The translations under genes were made by a program, and so were the position numbers. DNA of 36,734 nucleotides from Calditrichota bacterium. Its GTDB lineage: Bacteria; Calditrichota; Calditrichia; RBG-13-44-9. Location: contig JAJRXE010000159.1 in the NCBI GenBank assembly GCA_024276455.1, positions 1 to 36,734 on the forward strand. Direction: 5' to 3'. Numbering within the stretch: position 1 is the stretch's first letter; each line of letters opens with the position of its first letter. Shown piece by piece: positions 15,987 through 25,925 of this stretch. The notes under the pieces were generated by a model. That model searched no databases, was not told where the DNA came from, and worked only from the letters and a program-made list of their open reading frames with translations.

Positions 15987-17054
15987 TTATTTGAACAGCT
16001 CGTCCTGAAGAATTTTTTCGGCAATTTCCAGGAAGGCTTTGGCGGAAGCGCTTTCGGGGTTCCGCGCCACCACCGGAACGCCCTCGTCGCCGGCTTCCCG
16101 CACTTCCGGCTCGATGGGAACCTGGCCCAGCAGCGGAACGCCCAATTCCTGCGCGGAAGCCCGGCCGCCATCCTTGCCAAAAATGTAGTATTTATTCCCG
16201 CAGTTGGGACAGACGAAGTAGCTCATGTTCTCCACAATTCCCAGTACCCGGGTGTCCACTTTCTGGAACATCTTCAGTCCTTTGCGGGCGTCCACCAGAG
16301 CGACTTCCTGGGGCGTGGTAACAATAATGGCGCCGGTGATGGGGGTCTTTTGCACCAGGGTCAACTGAGCATCGCCAGTTCCGGGCGGCAGGTCAATCAC
16401 CAGCACGTCCAGTTCGCCCCACACCACGTCGTGGAGAAACTGCTCCACCGCCTTCATCACCAGCGGTCCGCGCCAGATGAGCGGCGCATCGCGGTCCACC
16501 AGAAATCCCATGGACATCAGCTTGATGCCGTATTTTTCCAGAGGAATGATCTTCTGCTCCGGAGTTACATTGGGACGATCTTCGATGCCCATCATGATGT
16601 GGATGCTGGGACCGTACACGTCGCTGTCCATCAGTCCCACTTTGAGCCCCTTCTTCGCCAGGGCAATGGCCAGGTTGGTGGCCACGGTGGATTTCCCCAC
16701 CCCGCCTTTACCGGAAGCCACCGCCACAATATTTTTAATACCCGGAATGGGCGCCCGGCCGGCCCAGGGATCGTCCGAGGCTTTTGCACCCAGGCTGGTT
16801 TTCACCTGAATGGTTCCCTCAATCACATTGACCTGGTACCCCGGGAAGGCCTCCTCCAGGGTTTTCTGGACGGTATCTTTCACCTGGATTTTGGTTTCCT
16901 CGCTCTTGGTGGTGAATTTCAGTTCCACGGTGATCTTCTGATCCTGCACCTCAATTTTGTCCACCACGCCAAACGACACGATATCCCGGGTGAAACCCGG
17001 GTATTTTATCCCGGCCAGTTTCTCTCTGACCGCTTCCACGGTTACCTGACTCAT
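15987..17054 (-). CDS. mrp: Mrp/NBP35/ApbC-family Fe-S cluster carrier ATPase with an N-terminal DUF59-like domain
   Basis: P-loop VASGKGGVGKSTVATNLA, the Mrp signature, and a C-terminal CPNCG cysteine pair. I chose the start at ATG 17054 (MSQVTVEAV) because GGAG lies 8 nt upstream. The ORF is open up to 17096. Confidence 0.9.
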   Translation of the reverse strand: MSQVTVEAVREKLAGIKYPGFTRDIVSFGVVDKIEVQDQKITVELKFTTKSEETKIQVKDTVQKTLEEAFPGYQVNVIEGTIQVKTSLGAKASDDPWAGRAPIPGIKNIVAVASGKGGVGKSTVATNLAIALAKKGLKVGLMDSDVYGPSIHIMMGIEDRPNVTPEQKIIPLEKYGIKLMSMGFLVDRDAPLIWRGPLVMKAVEQFLHDVVWGELDVLVIDLPPGTGDAQLTLVQKTPITGAIIVTTPQEVALVDARKGLKMFQKVDTRVLGIVENMSYFVCPNCGNKYYIFGKDGGRASAQELGVPLLGQVPIEPEVREAGDEGVPVVARNPESASAKAFLEIAEKILQDELFK

Positions 17055-17162
17055 TTTTTGACTCCTTTTGAAAGCGTTAAAAAATTTTCTCATCATTCTT
17101 CAGTTCTTTTAAATGCAGCGAAATTTATTTCCTCCGGCAGGAAGAAACCACCAAATAAAAAT

Positions 17163-17585
17163 TTAGTGCGCCGGGGAACGATTCTTTTGCAAAAAAGCTT
17201 TAAAAAAGCCCACCCGGTTCACCAGGTACAAACTGAACAGGATTCCGACGGTATCCGCCAGCCAGTCTCCCCATTCCACCGCGCGTCCCGGGGTGAAGGA
17301 CTGGTGGAACTCGTCGCTCAAACCAAAGAGCGTGCCGGCCAGAAAGGCGGCCAGCAGGAAATGACGTCGCAGGGACAGAAAACGCCGCTGCCGGTAAAAT
17401 GCCCGGGTGAGAAAAATCCCGTACACGGTGTACACCAGAAAATGGTAAATTTTGTCTTCAAAACCCAGGTTAATCTGGGGCGCTTTCAAGTTCGAGATCG
17501 AAGACAGTGTAAAGAGCAGCGCCGTCCAGAACAGAGCCGGAAACTGGTTAAACCAGAAAGTGTCTCGTTGAATCCATCGCCACAC
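17163..17585 (-). CDS. VanZ-family membrane protein
   Basis: Four hydrophobic helices and the motif DEFHQSFTPGRAVEWGDWLADTVG. The proposed GTG start at 17585 lies 9 nt after a strong AAGGAG and overlaps the upstream TAG by 1 nt (TAGTG). Alternative ATG at 17621. Confidence 0.7.
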   Translation of the reverse strand: MWRWIQRDTFWFNQFPALFWTALLFTLSSISNLKAPQINLGFEDKIYHFLVYTVYGIFLTRAFYRQRRFLSLRRHFLLAAFLAGTLFGLSDEFHQSFTPGRAVEWGDWLADTVGILFSLYLVNRVGFFKAFLQKNRSPAH

Positions 17586-20515
17586 TAATAGAATCTCCTT
17601 ATGCTCAGGCGAATTCCCCATCGCCAATTGATTTGATGCGAGTCAATGCTTTTCGTTACCCAGATCGGAAAATCGAAGGTGATCCGTTTCAGGTGAAAAT
17701 ATTCGAAGAAAAACGGCAGACGGGTGAAGTGGATAGAAAACCCGGCTTCGCCGTAATTCAGCGAAAGCTTTTCCCAGCGATTGGTTCCCCCGGCCCAGTG
17801 AGTAAAGGCGGAGATATCCACCTCGGAGAGATAGGGCAGGTAAAGCAGGAACAGGTTAAGAGGATTGCCCAGCCAGAGGCGGGCGTCCAGACGCAGCAGG
17901 CGGGATTCTGCCAACGGCTGGTAAGAAGTAAGGGCAAAGATGCTTCCTCCACCGGCCTGGTTAAGGTGACCGCCCCGCCACCAGGCATCCGGCAGGGTGC
18001 CCCGGGCACGCAGGTAGGGATTGTCGAAATAGCGGTACAACTCGGTGCCCTTCAAACTGTAGCGTTTTTCCAGCGGCGGGTTCCCCTCCCAGTTGCCACT
18101 AAAAAAACTGGCTTCAATCTTGCGAGAGAAGAAAAAAGGTAGCCGGATTTTGCCCCCCACCTCCCAGCGGCGGTACGCAAAATCGCTGCCCCAGGTGGAA
18201 TTCTCCAATCGCACCGCCCATTCCCAACCGTTTGCCAGATACTGCCTCCCCCAGCGACTCTGGTTCCAGGTCATTTCCAGAAAACTCACCGTTCCCGGCG
18301 AAAAGGGGTACGGCAGGTAGGCGGACTGGTAAAGATGACGCGCTTGCCAGCCCAGGGAGAGCGAGCGATGGCGGCGGTTTGAACGGGAGGAAAGTTTCAC
18401 CGATAGCCCGCCGCCCACCCGTCCGGCGCTGCGGTAGGCCGCCACCTGCAGGGTGGAATTCCCGCTCAGGGCGTAGAGCGGGTGACTTAGTGCAAACTCC
18501 ACGTCCGGCTGCAGATTTTTAGTTCCCAGGTAAAAACGAAACCGGTGAGCGAATTCCTGCCAGAGATAATTCCCGCGGGTGAAAATACCAAATTGCACGC
18601 CATCGCGCTGATTGTAAAAAATTCCCGGAAAACCGGTCACGGTGTAGCCGTCCGGGTGGGGGAACATGTACTGGCGGTGCATCCAGTACCAGTAGATTTT
18701 GGGAAGGGTGCGAGTGCGGTTGTTCCAGGGATTCACATCCAGCAGACGCCCCGCAGGGTCAATGGTTACCTGCTCGATTTTGTCAGGGAGGAGGAGCTCA
18801 ATTTCCCGGGAAGTCTGATCGAACCGCCAGGCAGGCAGCGCCGTTGAACCGTTGGGAAAGCTCATGCCGTCGTCCACCGGAATGCGGTAGCGGCGCACCT
18901 CGCCGTTCCGCAATGTGACCGCAAAATCCAGCGGCATAACGATGGGCTTCTCCCGCCGGAAAGAAATCCGGGCCCGGTAATGCACCCCGCTGGAATCCTT
19001 CTCCCAGTTTCCCCTCACTATTCCCACCGCATAATCACACTGCCAGGTGGTGTTCAGCCACTCGTCGAAAAACCAGTCCAGCTGGCGGCCGGAGACGGCT
19101 TCGAACGCCCGCACCAGGTCGTCCGGGTAGGGATGGCGAAAACGCCAGGTGCGGTAGTAATGTCGGATTCCCGCCCAGAACAGGGAATCGCCCAACACCA
19201 GACGCAATTGCGAAATGACCTGGCTCATCTTCTGGTAATAAATCAGGTAGGGATCGTTCTGGAACCAGTCGAAAGGGGTGTTGATGGGCTCGTCCAGACC
19301 ACTTTTTACGTACTCCAGGTAAGCCAGACGCTCGTCGTCCCAGAGGTTAATCCGGTAGTTGAACAAGCGGCTCAACCGGCTCTGCCGGGTTTCGTCGGAG
19401 TAGCTGACCGGGCCCAGGATTTTCTCCATGGCCAGATTCTCGAAATAGGTTGCAAACCCCTCGTCCATCCAGCCGTAACGGGTCTGGTTGTTGGCCAGCA
19501 ATCCGAAAAACCACTGATGGGCAATTTCGTGAATGATGGTAGCGCTTAAATTGCGGAAATTGGTGATGTAGTCGTTAATGATGACCAGGTTGGGGTACTC
19601 CATTCCCCCGGCGGTAATGTAGCCGTCCACCACGCTCAGTTGCTCGTAAGGGTAAGGACCGATGCGTTTCTGGAAAAATGCCAGCGCCTGGCGGGCAATG
19701 GAAAGCTGCTTTACCCAGGTTTCCATCTGGTAGGGCTGAATGAAAAAATTAATGGTTACCCGGCCCGCTTTCACCCGGCGCAGCACCAGGTCGGGATCGG
19801 CCACCCAGACAAAATCGTGCACCCGCCGCGCCAGGAAATGGTACACCGTGCGGGCCGTGTCCGGGTACGTTTCGTACCAGGGACGGCGGTGTGGGAATTC
19901 CACCGAGTCCGGCAGGGCTGCCGGGTTAAGGAGCACGCCGGTGGCCGCCACCACGTAGCCAGCTGGCACGTCGATGCTGACCCGGTAGTTACCCCATTCA
20001 TGGTAAAACTCCCCTTTCAGATGCTGTTCGGTGTGCCAGCCGTGCTGGTCGTACACCGCTGGAACCGGATACCAGTGTCCCACGTCGAAGTGGACGCCGT
20101 AGTAACCGAAACGTTCTCCGGAAGCCGGCAGCACGGAATTGAAGCGGAACTCCAGCTGCAAAGAATCTCCGGGCAGTAAAAGGCGCGGCAAGATTGCCTC
20201 CAGAATGGTGGAATTCACCCGGAAAGGCACCCGCCGGCCCCCTGCGTCCCGCAGGTACACAATGTCGATGTAGCCGATTTTCTCGGGATTCTCGGAAGCG
20301 GATTCCCGGAACTTATTCAGGTAAAGGTGAAAGTAAAGTCGATTCAGAGTGTCCGGGGAATTGTTGTGATACACCAGCCACTCCCGCCCTTCCACCCGAT
20401 TTAATTCCGGCAGCAGCTTCGCTTCCAGGCGGTAATTCACCTCTTGCTGAAAGTAAGCCCGGGCGGCTACACAAAGCAATAAAAGAAATCCCAGGGTTCT
20501 CAATTGAATGGGCAT
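17585..20515 (-). CDS. Secreted M1-family zinc aminopeptidase fused to a C-terminal Omp85/BamA-like beta-barrel region
   Basis: GGMEYPN (a GxMEN variant) and HEIAHQWFFG...WMDEGFATYFE (HExxH-x18-E). I chose the start at ATG 20515 because it begins a signal peptide (MPIQLRTLGFLLLLCVAARA). The last ~370 aa show barrel-like motifs (LRARG, GGGSIFAL, AFTHWAGG, terminal WGIRLSIRRFY). The gene ends in TAG. Confidence 0.85.
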   Translation of the reverse strand: MPIQLRTLGFLLLLCVAARAYFQQEVNYRLEAKLLPELNRVEGREWLVYHNNSPDTLNRLYFHLYLNKFRESASENPEKIGYIDIVYLRDAGGRRVPFRVNSTILEAILPRLLLPGDSLQLEFRFNSVLPASGERFGYYGVHFDVGHWYPVPAVYDQHGWHTEQHLKGEFYHEWGNYRVSIDVPAGYVVAATGVLLNPAALPDSVEFPHRRPWYETYPDTARTVYHFLARRVHDFVWVADPDLVLRRVKAGRVTINFFIQPYQMETWVKQLSIARQALAFFQKRIGPYPYEQLSVVDGYITAGGMEYPNLVIINDYITNFRNLSATIIHEIAHQWFFGLLANNQTRYGWMDEGFATYFENLAMEKILGPVSYSDETRQSRLSRLFNYRINLWDDERLAYLEYVKSGLDEPINTPFDWFQNDPYLIYYQKMSQVISQLRLVLGDSLFWAGIRHYYRTWRFRHPYPDDLVRAFEAVSGRQLDWFFDEWLNTTWQCDYAVGIVRGNWEKDSSGVHYRARISFRREKPIVMPLDFAVTLRNGEVRRYRIPVDDGMSFPNGSTALPAWRFDQTSREIELLLPDKIEQVTIDPAGRLLDVNPWNNRTRTLPKIYWYWMHRQYMFPHPDGYTVTGFPGIFYNQRDGVQFGIFTRGNYLWQEFAHRFRFYLGTKNLQPDVEFALSHPLYALSGNSTLQVAAYRSAGRVGGGLSVKLSSRSNRRHRSLSLGWQARHLYQSAYLPYPFSPGTVSFLEMTWNQSRWGRQYLANGWEWAVRLENSTWGSDFAYRRWEVGGKIRLPFFFSRKIEASFFSGNWEGNPPLEKRYSLKGTELYRYFDNPYLRARGTLPDAWWRGGHLNQAGGGSIFALTSYQPLAESRLLRLDARLWLGNPLNLFLLYLPYLSEVDISAFTHWAGGTNRWEKLSLNYGEAGFSIHFTRLPFFFEYFHLKRITFDFPIWVTKSIDSHQINWRWGIRLSIRRFY

Positions 20516-20802
20516 CGTCTTCTTACTTCTTTTTCGATCTTCATGAAACCAAAAATAGAACCGAGAAGGGGAAAAATCAAAGCCCAAAATAGAAAGAAGT
20601 GGAAAAATAATGGCCCTCGTAAAAATTAGCAACCGGAAAGAAAATATCGGGAACTCCGTGCAGAGAAGCAGCGTAACGTTAAACTGTGACGGTTTAACAA
20701 AGGAAAAACAGCTTGCTTTAAAAGCCGGAGCTGTCTATTTTTATTTGTTTAAATATCAATAAATTAAAGAAAAACGAATCAAAATTACGTTGAACCAATC
20801 CC

Positions 20803-22938
20803 ATGACCGGTAACTTCAATCGTCCCCAATCCGAGCAAAGTCCTTTACCTTCGCATCCGGCCAGAAACGAATCTTTCTGGCAGAAGTTAAAAGCACACCG
20901 AAAAATCATCATTATTTCCTTTCTGGTGGCACTTTCGCTGGGTTATTTGATTTACCTGATCAGCGGCCTTCCCTCTCTGCAAAAATTAGAGAACATTGAA
21001 CCGGCCCTGGTAACCCGAATTTATTCCGAGGACGGCGAAATCATCCACGAACTCTATCGTTACAATCGGGTGTACATTCCCATCTAAAAGATTCCGGACC
21101 ACACCATTCAGGCGCTGTTAGCCACCGAAGACCGGGAGTTTTACAAACACTGGGGCATTAACATCAAGCGGATTCCCAAAGCGTTGTTTGTGGACTTAAT
21201 TTCGCTGAGTTTTCGGCAGGGATTCAGCACCATTACCATGCAGTTAGCTCGCAACCTGTACTTTGGTTTCGAAAAGAATATTACCCGCAAACTGCGCGAA
21301 ATTCTTACCGCCCTGCAAATCGAACGCACCTATTCCAAACGGGAAATTCTGGAAATGTATCTGAACGTGGCCTATTTTGGTCACGGCGTGTACGGCATTC
21401 AGGCGGCGGCCAAAAAATATTTCAACAAGGACGCTTCCGATCTGAACATTCAGGAGAGCGCCACGCTGATTCCGCTGTTGAAATCGCCGGCTTACTATTC
21501 GCCCCTGGTGCACCCCGACCGGGCTTTAAAACGGCGCAACCTGGTGCTTCACAACATGGTGGTGGCCGGTTACCTGACCGAAGCCCAATACGACAGTCTG
21601 AAACAACTGCCTCTGGAAGTGGAAGAATTCCATCTGCGAAGCAAAATTGCCCCCTATTTTACCGAATACATCCGGCAGCAACTCAATCGTTTGCAGGACT
21701 CCCTGGGGGTGAACGTGTACGAGGACGGATTGAACGTGTACCCCACCTTGAACTCCAAAATCCAGGCCTGCATGGACACGGCCGTCGCCCGGGAACTTCC
21801 CAAGCTGCAGGAACGGGTGTACCGAAAATTACAGTCCTGGAAAGAAAAGAACGAAATGCCCGATTCGGTGTTTCAGGAGAAGGCCAAGGTGCAGATTGCT
21901 TTCGTGGCTATCGACCATCACAATGGCCACATTTTAGCCATGGTGGGTGGGCGCAACTTCGAGGAATCCAAATTTAATCGGGCTGTGCAGGCGCGGCGAC
22001 AACCGGGCTCCGCCTTCAAACCGTTTCTTTACACTGCCGCCATCGACAATGGGTACACCACCGTGGATAAGTTTTTGAATCAGCCGGTGGTAGTAATCAA
22101 TCCGGATGGCACGCGGTGGGATCCAGAAAATTACAATCGGGAGTTCGGCGGGCCCACTACCCTGCGGGAAGCCTTGCGGCTCTCCATTAACCTGGTGGCG
22201 GTGCGGCTCATTCAAGAAATCGGTCCGGCCGTGGTGGCGGAATATGCCCATCGGATGGGAATCTCCACTCCGCTGCGTCCGTTTCCCACCCTGGCGCTGG
22301 GGAGCTCGGAGGTAATTCCTCTGGAGCTGGTTTCCGCTTACGGCGTATTTGCCAATCAGGGGGTGCGGGTGGAACCGATTTCCATTACCCGGATTGAAGA
22401 CCGTTTTGGTAATGTGATTTACGAGAAGCGGGGTCGGCGGCGCGAAGTTTTAAACAAAGCCACGGCTTACATTTTAACAGACATGCTGGAAACCGTGATT
22501 AACCGGGGGACCGGTGCCCGGGCACGCTACCAATTTAAATTCTACCGCACGGCGGCGGGCAAAACCGGCACCACCAACAACTTCACCGACGCCTGGTTTG
22601 TGGGATTCACCCCGCACCTTACAGCCGGCGTCTGGGTCGGATTGGACGATCCGAAATTGACTCTGGGGCGGGGAGAATCCGGTGCCATGGCGGCACTGCC
22701 CTTCTGGGCCACCTTCATGAAGTGCGTGTACGATACCCTGCATTTACCGGACGATACCTTTAAACAACCGACCGATGTGATCCGTCTGCAGGTTTGCGCA
22801 GAAACCGGAAAACTGGCCACGAATTATTGTCCGAAAATTTTGAACGAGGTATTTAACATAAAATACCATCCCACGGTTTTATGCGACAACCACACCGGCC
22901 CAACGCCCGGGAAAAAGAAAAAACGAATCCTATTTTAA
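20803..22938 (+). pseudogene. mrcA: Class-A penicillin-binding protein (GT51 transglycosylase + transpeptidase) interrupted by one in-frame TAA (21085-21087). The fragments are 20803-21087 (94 aa, membrane anchor) and 21184-22938 (584 aa)
   Basis: Both ORFs are in the same frame. The 32 codons between the stop and the first possible restart encode KIPDHTIQALLATEDREFYKHWGIN, which is the GT51 EDxxFxxHxG catalytic motif. Downstream motifs are GFSTITMQLARN, RKLREIL, SAFKPFLY (SxxK), LSINL (SxN) and GKTGTT (KTG). Confidence 0.75.
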
Positions 22939-23056
22939 CGCTTCTCCTTTGACGAATAAACCCACCCGTTTCCCGAAGGGGGCGTTCTCCGGAAAACCTC
23001 CGCAAACCGGGAGGGGTGGCAACACCTTCGGCGGGAACCAAACATTACGGTGATTC

Positions 23057-24007
23057 ATGGGGAAAACAGACCAGCAGTACACCGGAAAAGTGATTCGCAC
23101 CATTCGGAAACAATATGCCGTCGCTCTGGAAGACGGGCGCACGCTTCTCTGCTCGGTGCGCGGCCGTCTGGTGGGATTGCCCAGCAACCACCAGGGAGCG
23201 GTAAAAGTAGGCGACGACGTGCTGGTGCGGTTAATTTCGGAGGAAGAAGGGGTTATTGAAGAAATCTTGCCCCGCAAATCGAAAATCAGCCGCGCGGTGG
23301 AGGGAAAAGCTTACCGGGAACACATCATTGCCACCAATGTCGATCAAATGGTCATCATCATGGCGGCAAAAGAACCGCCTTTTAAATCAGGTTTGCTGGA
23401 CCGTTACCTGGTGATTGCGGAAAAAAACCACCTCCAGGCACTGATCTGCCTGAACAAAATCGACCTGGCCAATCGGGAAGAGTTCGCCGATTACCTGAAA
23501 TGGTACCCCCAAATTGGTTGCCCAATCATTCTAACCTCCGCCGTTACCGGCGAGGGAATTGAGGAATTCAAACAGCGCCTGAAAGGAAAAGTGTCGGCCC
23601 TGGTGGGCCATTCCGGAGTGGGTAAAACCTCTCTGATTCAAAAAATTGAACCCGGTTTAGATTTAAAAACCGGACCGACCAGTAAAAAAACCGGGAAGGG
23701 TCGCCACACCACCACCTACGTGGAGCTTTACCCGCTCTCTTTCGGGGGCTACATCATCGACACTCCGGGAATCCGGGAGTTAGGCCTCTGGGACATTTAC
23801 CGCAGCGAACTAAAACAGTATTTTGTGGACTTTCGCCCGTACGAGGAGCATTGCCAATTTGCGGACTGCAATCACATTCAAGAACCGGGCTGTGCGGTGA
23901 AAGAGGCGGTGGAAAAAGGGGAAATTTTCGCCGAACGCTACGACAATTACGTCAACATTTACTTGAGTTTGCGGAGTGCCCCCTACGAGCTTCTTCGTCC
24001 GCGTTAA
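23057..24007 (+). CDS. rsgA: Ribosome small-subunit-dependent GTPase A
   Basis: Circularly permuted GTPase motifs NKIDL ... GHSGVGKTSLI, and the zinc knuckle CQFADCNHIQEPGCAV. Confidence 0.9.
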   Translation: MGKTDQQYTGKVIRTIRKQYAVALEDGRTLLCSVRGRLVGLPSNHQGAVKVGDDVLVRLISEEEGVIEEILPRKSKISRAVEGKAYREHIIATNVDQMVIIMAAKEPPFKSGLLDRYLVIAEKNHLQALICLNKIDLANREEFADYLKWYPQIGCPIILTSAVTGEGIEEFKQRLKGKVSALVGHSGVGKTSLIQKIEPGLDLKTGPTSKKTGKGRHTTTYVELYPLSFGGYIIDTPGIRELGLWDIYRSELKQYFVDFRPYEEHCQFADCNHIQEPGCAVKEAVEKGEIFAERYDNYVNIYLSLRSAPYELLRPR

Positions 24008-24187
24008 TCGGCCTTCCCGAATCCGATCCGCCCCGTTTTTTTCCGGAAACAAATATTTTTCTTTCCGAACGACTATTATTTTGCTTAATTTTAGGTTTGT
24101 GTTGTAAAACCGGTGACGGTACCCGAAAATACCGGTAGGTCTGAATCAACAGAACGATTTTTCTGCAAACTTTCTGGAGCGCCCCGG

Positions 24188-25486
24188 ATGTTTTTTTTCT
24201 ATTTTCTGATCTACAATCTACTCTTTCTGCCGCTGCTCTTTATTCTGGTACACCTGGCCGCCTTTTTTAATCGGAAAGTCCGTCAGGCGGTTCTGGGAAA
24301 ATACCAGCTTTACTGCCGGCTACGCCGTTACCGGACGGTCTGGATGAATCGACCGGTTGCCGTAGTACATTGCGCTTCCATGGGAGAATTCGAGCACATC
24401 AAACCGTTTCTCAACGATTTCAAAAAAATAAAACCGGACTACGCCGTGCTAGTGCTGTTTTTCTCGCCGTCGGGATTTCAGAATGTTAAATCGTTTCCGT
24501 CCGTAGATCTGTTTCTGTACGCTCCTTTCGACAGTCTCTTCTCCATCTGGCGTTTTATTCACACAGTGCGGCCGCGCCTGTGGATTATTGCCAAACACGA
24601 CGTCTGGCCCAATCAGGTCTGGCTCACCCGCTGGTTCCGAATCCCCGTTTTTCTCATTAACGCCTCGCTACACCAGCAGTCCAGTCGGTTGCTCTGGTTG
24701 TTTCGCCCCTTTCATCAGACGATTTACCGTTCCTTTACGCGCATTCTGACCATCTCGGAAACCGACCGGAATAATTTTCTGAAGCTGGTACCGGACTCGC
24801 TGCTGCGGGTTACCGGCGACACAAAATTCGACCAGGTATTGTACCGGAAAGAAGAATCGCGCAAACGAAAGGTGCTGCCGCACGAGAAGCTTCAGAATCG
24901 TTGGGTCTTTGTGGCAGGGAGCACCTGGCCGGAAGACCAGCACCACCTCATTCCGGCCATCAAATCTCTGCACGGCCGTTTTCCGCAGTTCCTGACCATC
25001 ATTTGTCCCCACGAGCCCACCGATCATCATTTAAAAGAACTGCGCAAAGAAATTTCCCCGCTGGAATACGTGCTTCTCTCCGAAATCGAGCGGCTGGAAG
25101 ACCAGGAGGTCATCATTGTGGACCGGATTGGGGTCCTGGCTAATATTTACGGGGTGGGACACGCGGCCTACGTGGGCGGTAGTTTTCGCCAGAACGTTCA
25201 CAATGTGCTGGAACCGGCCGCTTACGGCATTCCGGTCCTGTTTGGTCCGGTAAATCAAAATTCCCACGAAGCGCAACTTCTGAAAGCCTCCGGGGGAGGG
25301 ATTGAAGTACACCAGGCAGAGGAAATTGAAGCGATTCTGGAAAAATTTCTGCTGAACGACATTTACCGGCAGGAAACCGGTCGGAAGGCGTTCCAGATTG
25401 TTGAAAAACACCGCGGCGCCACCCATCGCACCATCCAATATATTCTGGCAGATTTAAACGAAACCGAAGAGGAGGGTCGTCCATGA
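24188..25486 (+). CDS. waaA: 3-deoxy-D-manno-octulosonic acid (Kdo) transferase
   Basis: N-terminal membrane helix, HCASMGEFEHIKPF (the S-x-GE motif), HDVWPN (E/D-x-WPN) and NASL. I chose the start at ATG 24188 (MFFFYFLIYN). The ORF is open from 24113. Confidence 0.85.
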   Translation: MFFFYFLIYNLLFLPLLFILVHLAAFFNRKVRQAVLGKYQLYCRLRRYRTVWMNRPVAVVHCASMGEFEHIKPFLNDFKKIKPDYAVLVLFFSPSGFQNVKSFPSVDLFLYAPFDSLFSIWRFIHTVRPRLWIIAKHDVWPNQVWLTRWFRIPVFLINASLHQQSSRLLWLFRPFHQTIYRSFTRILTISETDRNNFLKLVPDSLLRVTGDTKFDQVLYRKEESRKRKVLPHEKLQNRWVFVAGSTWPEDQHHLIPAIKSLHGRFPQFLTIICPHEPTDHHLKELRKEISPLEYVLLSEIERLEDQEVIIVDRIGVLANIYGVGHAAYVGGSFRQNVHNVLEPAAYGIPVLFGPVNQNSHEAQLLKASGGGIEVHQAEEIEAILEKFLLNDIYRQETGRKAFQIVEKHRGATHRTIQYILADLNETEEEGRP

Positions 25487-25791
25487 GTCACCATTTACCG
25501 AAGAGCTATCTGGAATTTCAGGAAGAATTTCCGGAAGTGTTCGAAGCTTACCAGGCCCTGGGAGAAGCCTGCCACCGTTCCGACATTTTAAACGATGAAA
25601 CCCGGCGTTTGGTAAAACTGGCTCTGGCCATTGCCATCGGTTCGCATGGGGCCGTTCACGCCCAGGTACGTCGGGCGCTGGAAGACGGCATCGAAGAGGA
25701 AAAACTGAAGCAGGTAGCCGTATTAGCCATCCCGACCATTGGATTCCCCCGGGCGCATGCGGCACTCACCTGGATTAAGGACTTATTGTAA
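25483..25791 (+). CDS. Carboxymuconolactone decarboxylase (AhpD-like) family protein
   Basis: A 102-aa all-helical protein with LDxxTRxLVxLAxAIAxGSxGAV, typical of the CMD family. The ATGA overlap with waaA indicates an operon. Confidence 0.75.
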   Translation: MSHHLPKSYLEFQEEFPEVFEAYQALGEACHRSDILNDETRRLVKLALAIAIGSHGAVHAQVRRALEDGIEEEKLKQVAVLAIPTIGFPRAHAALTWIKDLL

Positions 25792-25925
25792 GCGCGCGAA
25801 TTAGGGCATCCGTCAGAGCTGTCCCTCACTCTCCGGAACAACGGGAGGGCAGGAAATTTTCTGGCCTCTTTCCAGGCCCAAAATCTTTCCTTAAATTGAG
25901 CGGCGGTAAATAACCGGAGTCCAAG

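Noticed and set aside
15485-15994. Three mutually overlapping ORFs (127 aa and 140 aa on the minus strand, 144 aa on the plus strand) in the rpsT-mrp gap. There is also a 25-codon ORF (15917-15994, MTSREERLTIDLMTENQGRFSIGFI) preceded by GGGAGGA.
   Set aside because: The long ORFs have no motifs, mutually exclusive frames and odd composition. They coincide with a GC-rich hairpin-dense region and are more likely non-coding. The 25-codon ORF has a good SD, but that SD is buried in the 15895-15914 hairpin, and there is no further evidence for it. I mention it only as something RNAcode or Ribo-seq could test.
22939-23056. Nested GC-rich helices in the PBP-rsgA spacer: CCACCC (22962-22967) / GGGTGG (23014-23019), enclosing CCTCC/GGAGG and CCC/GGG hairpins.
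   Set aside because: The stems are short, with no U-run and no recognisable riboswitch core. The structure could be a simple transcript-stabilising element or could arise by chance in GC-rich sequence. This is not enough evidence to call a feature.
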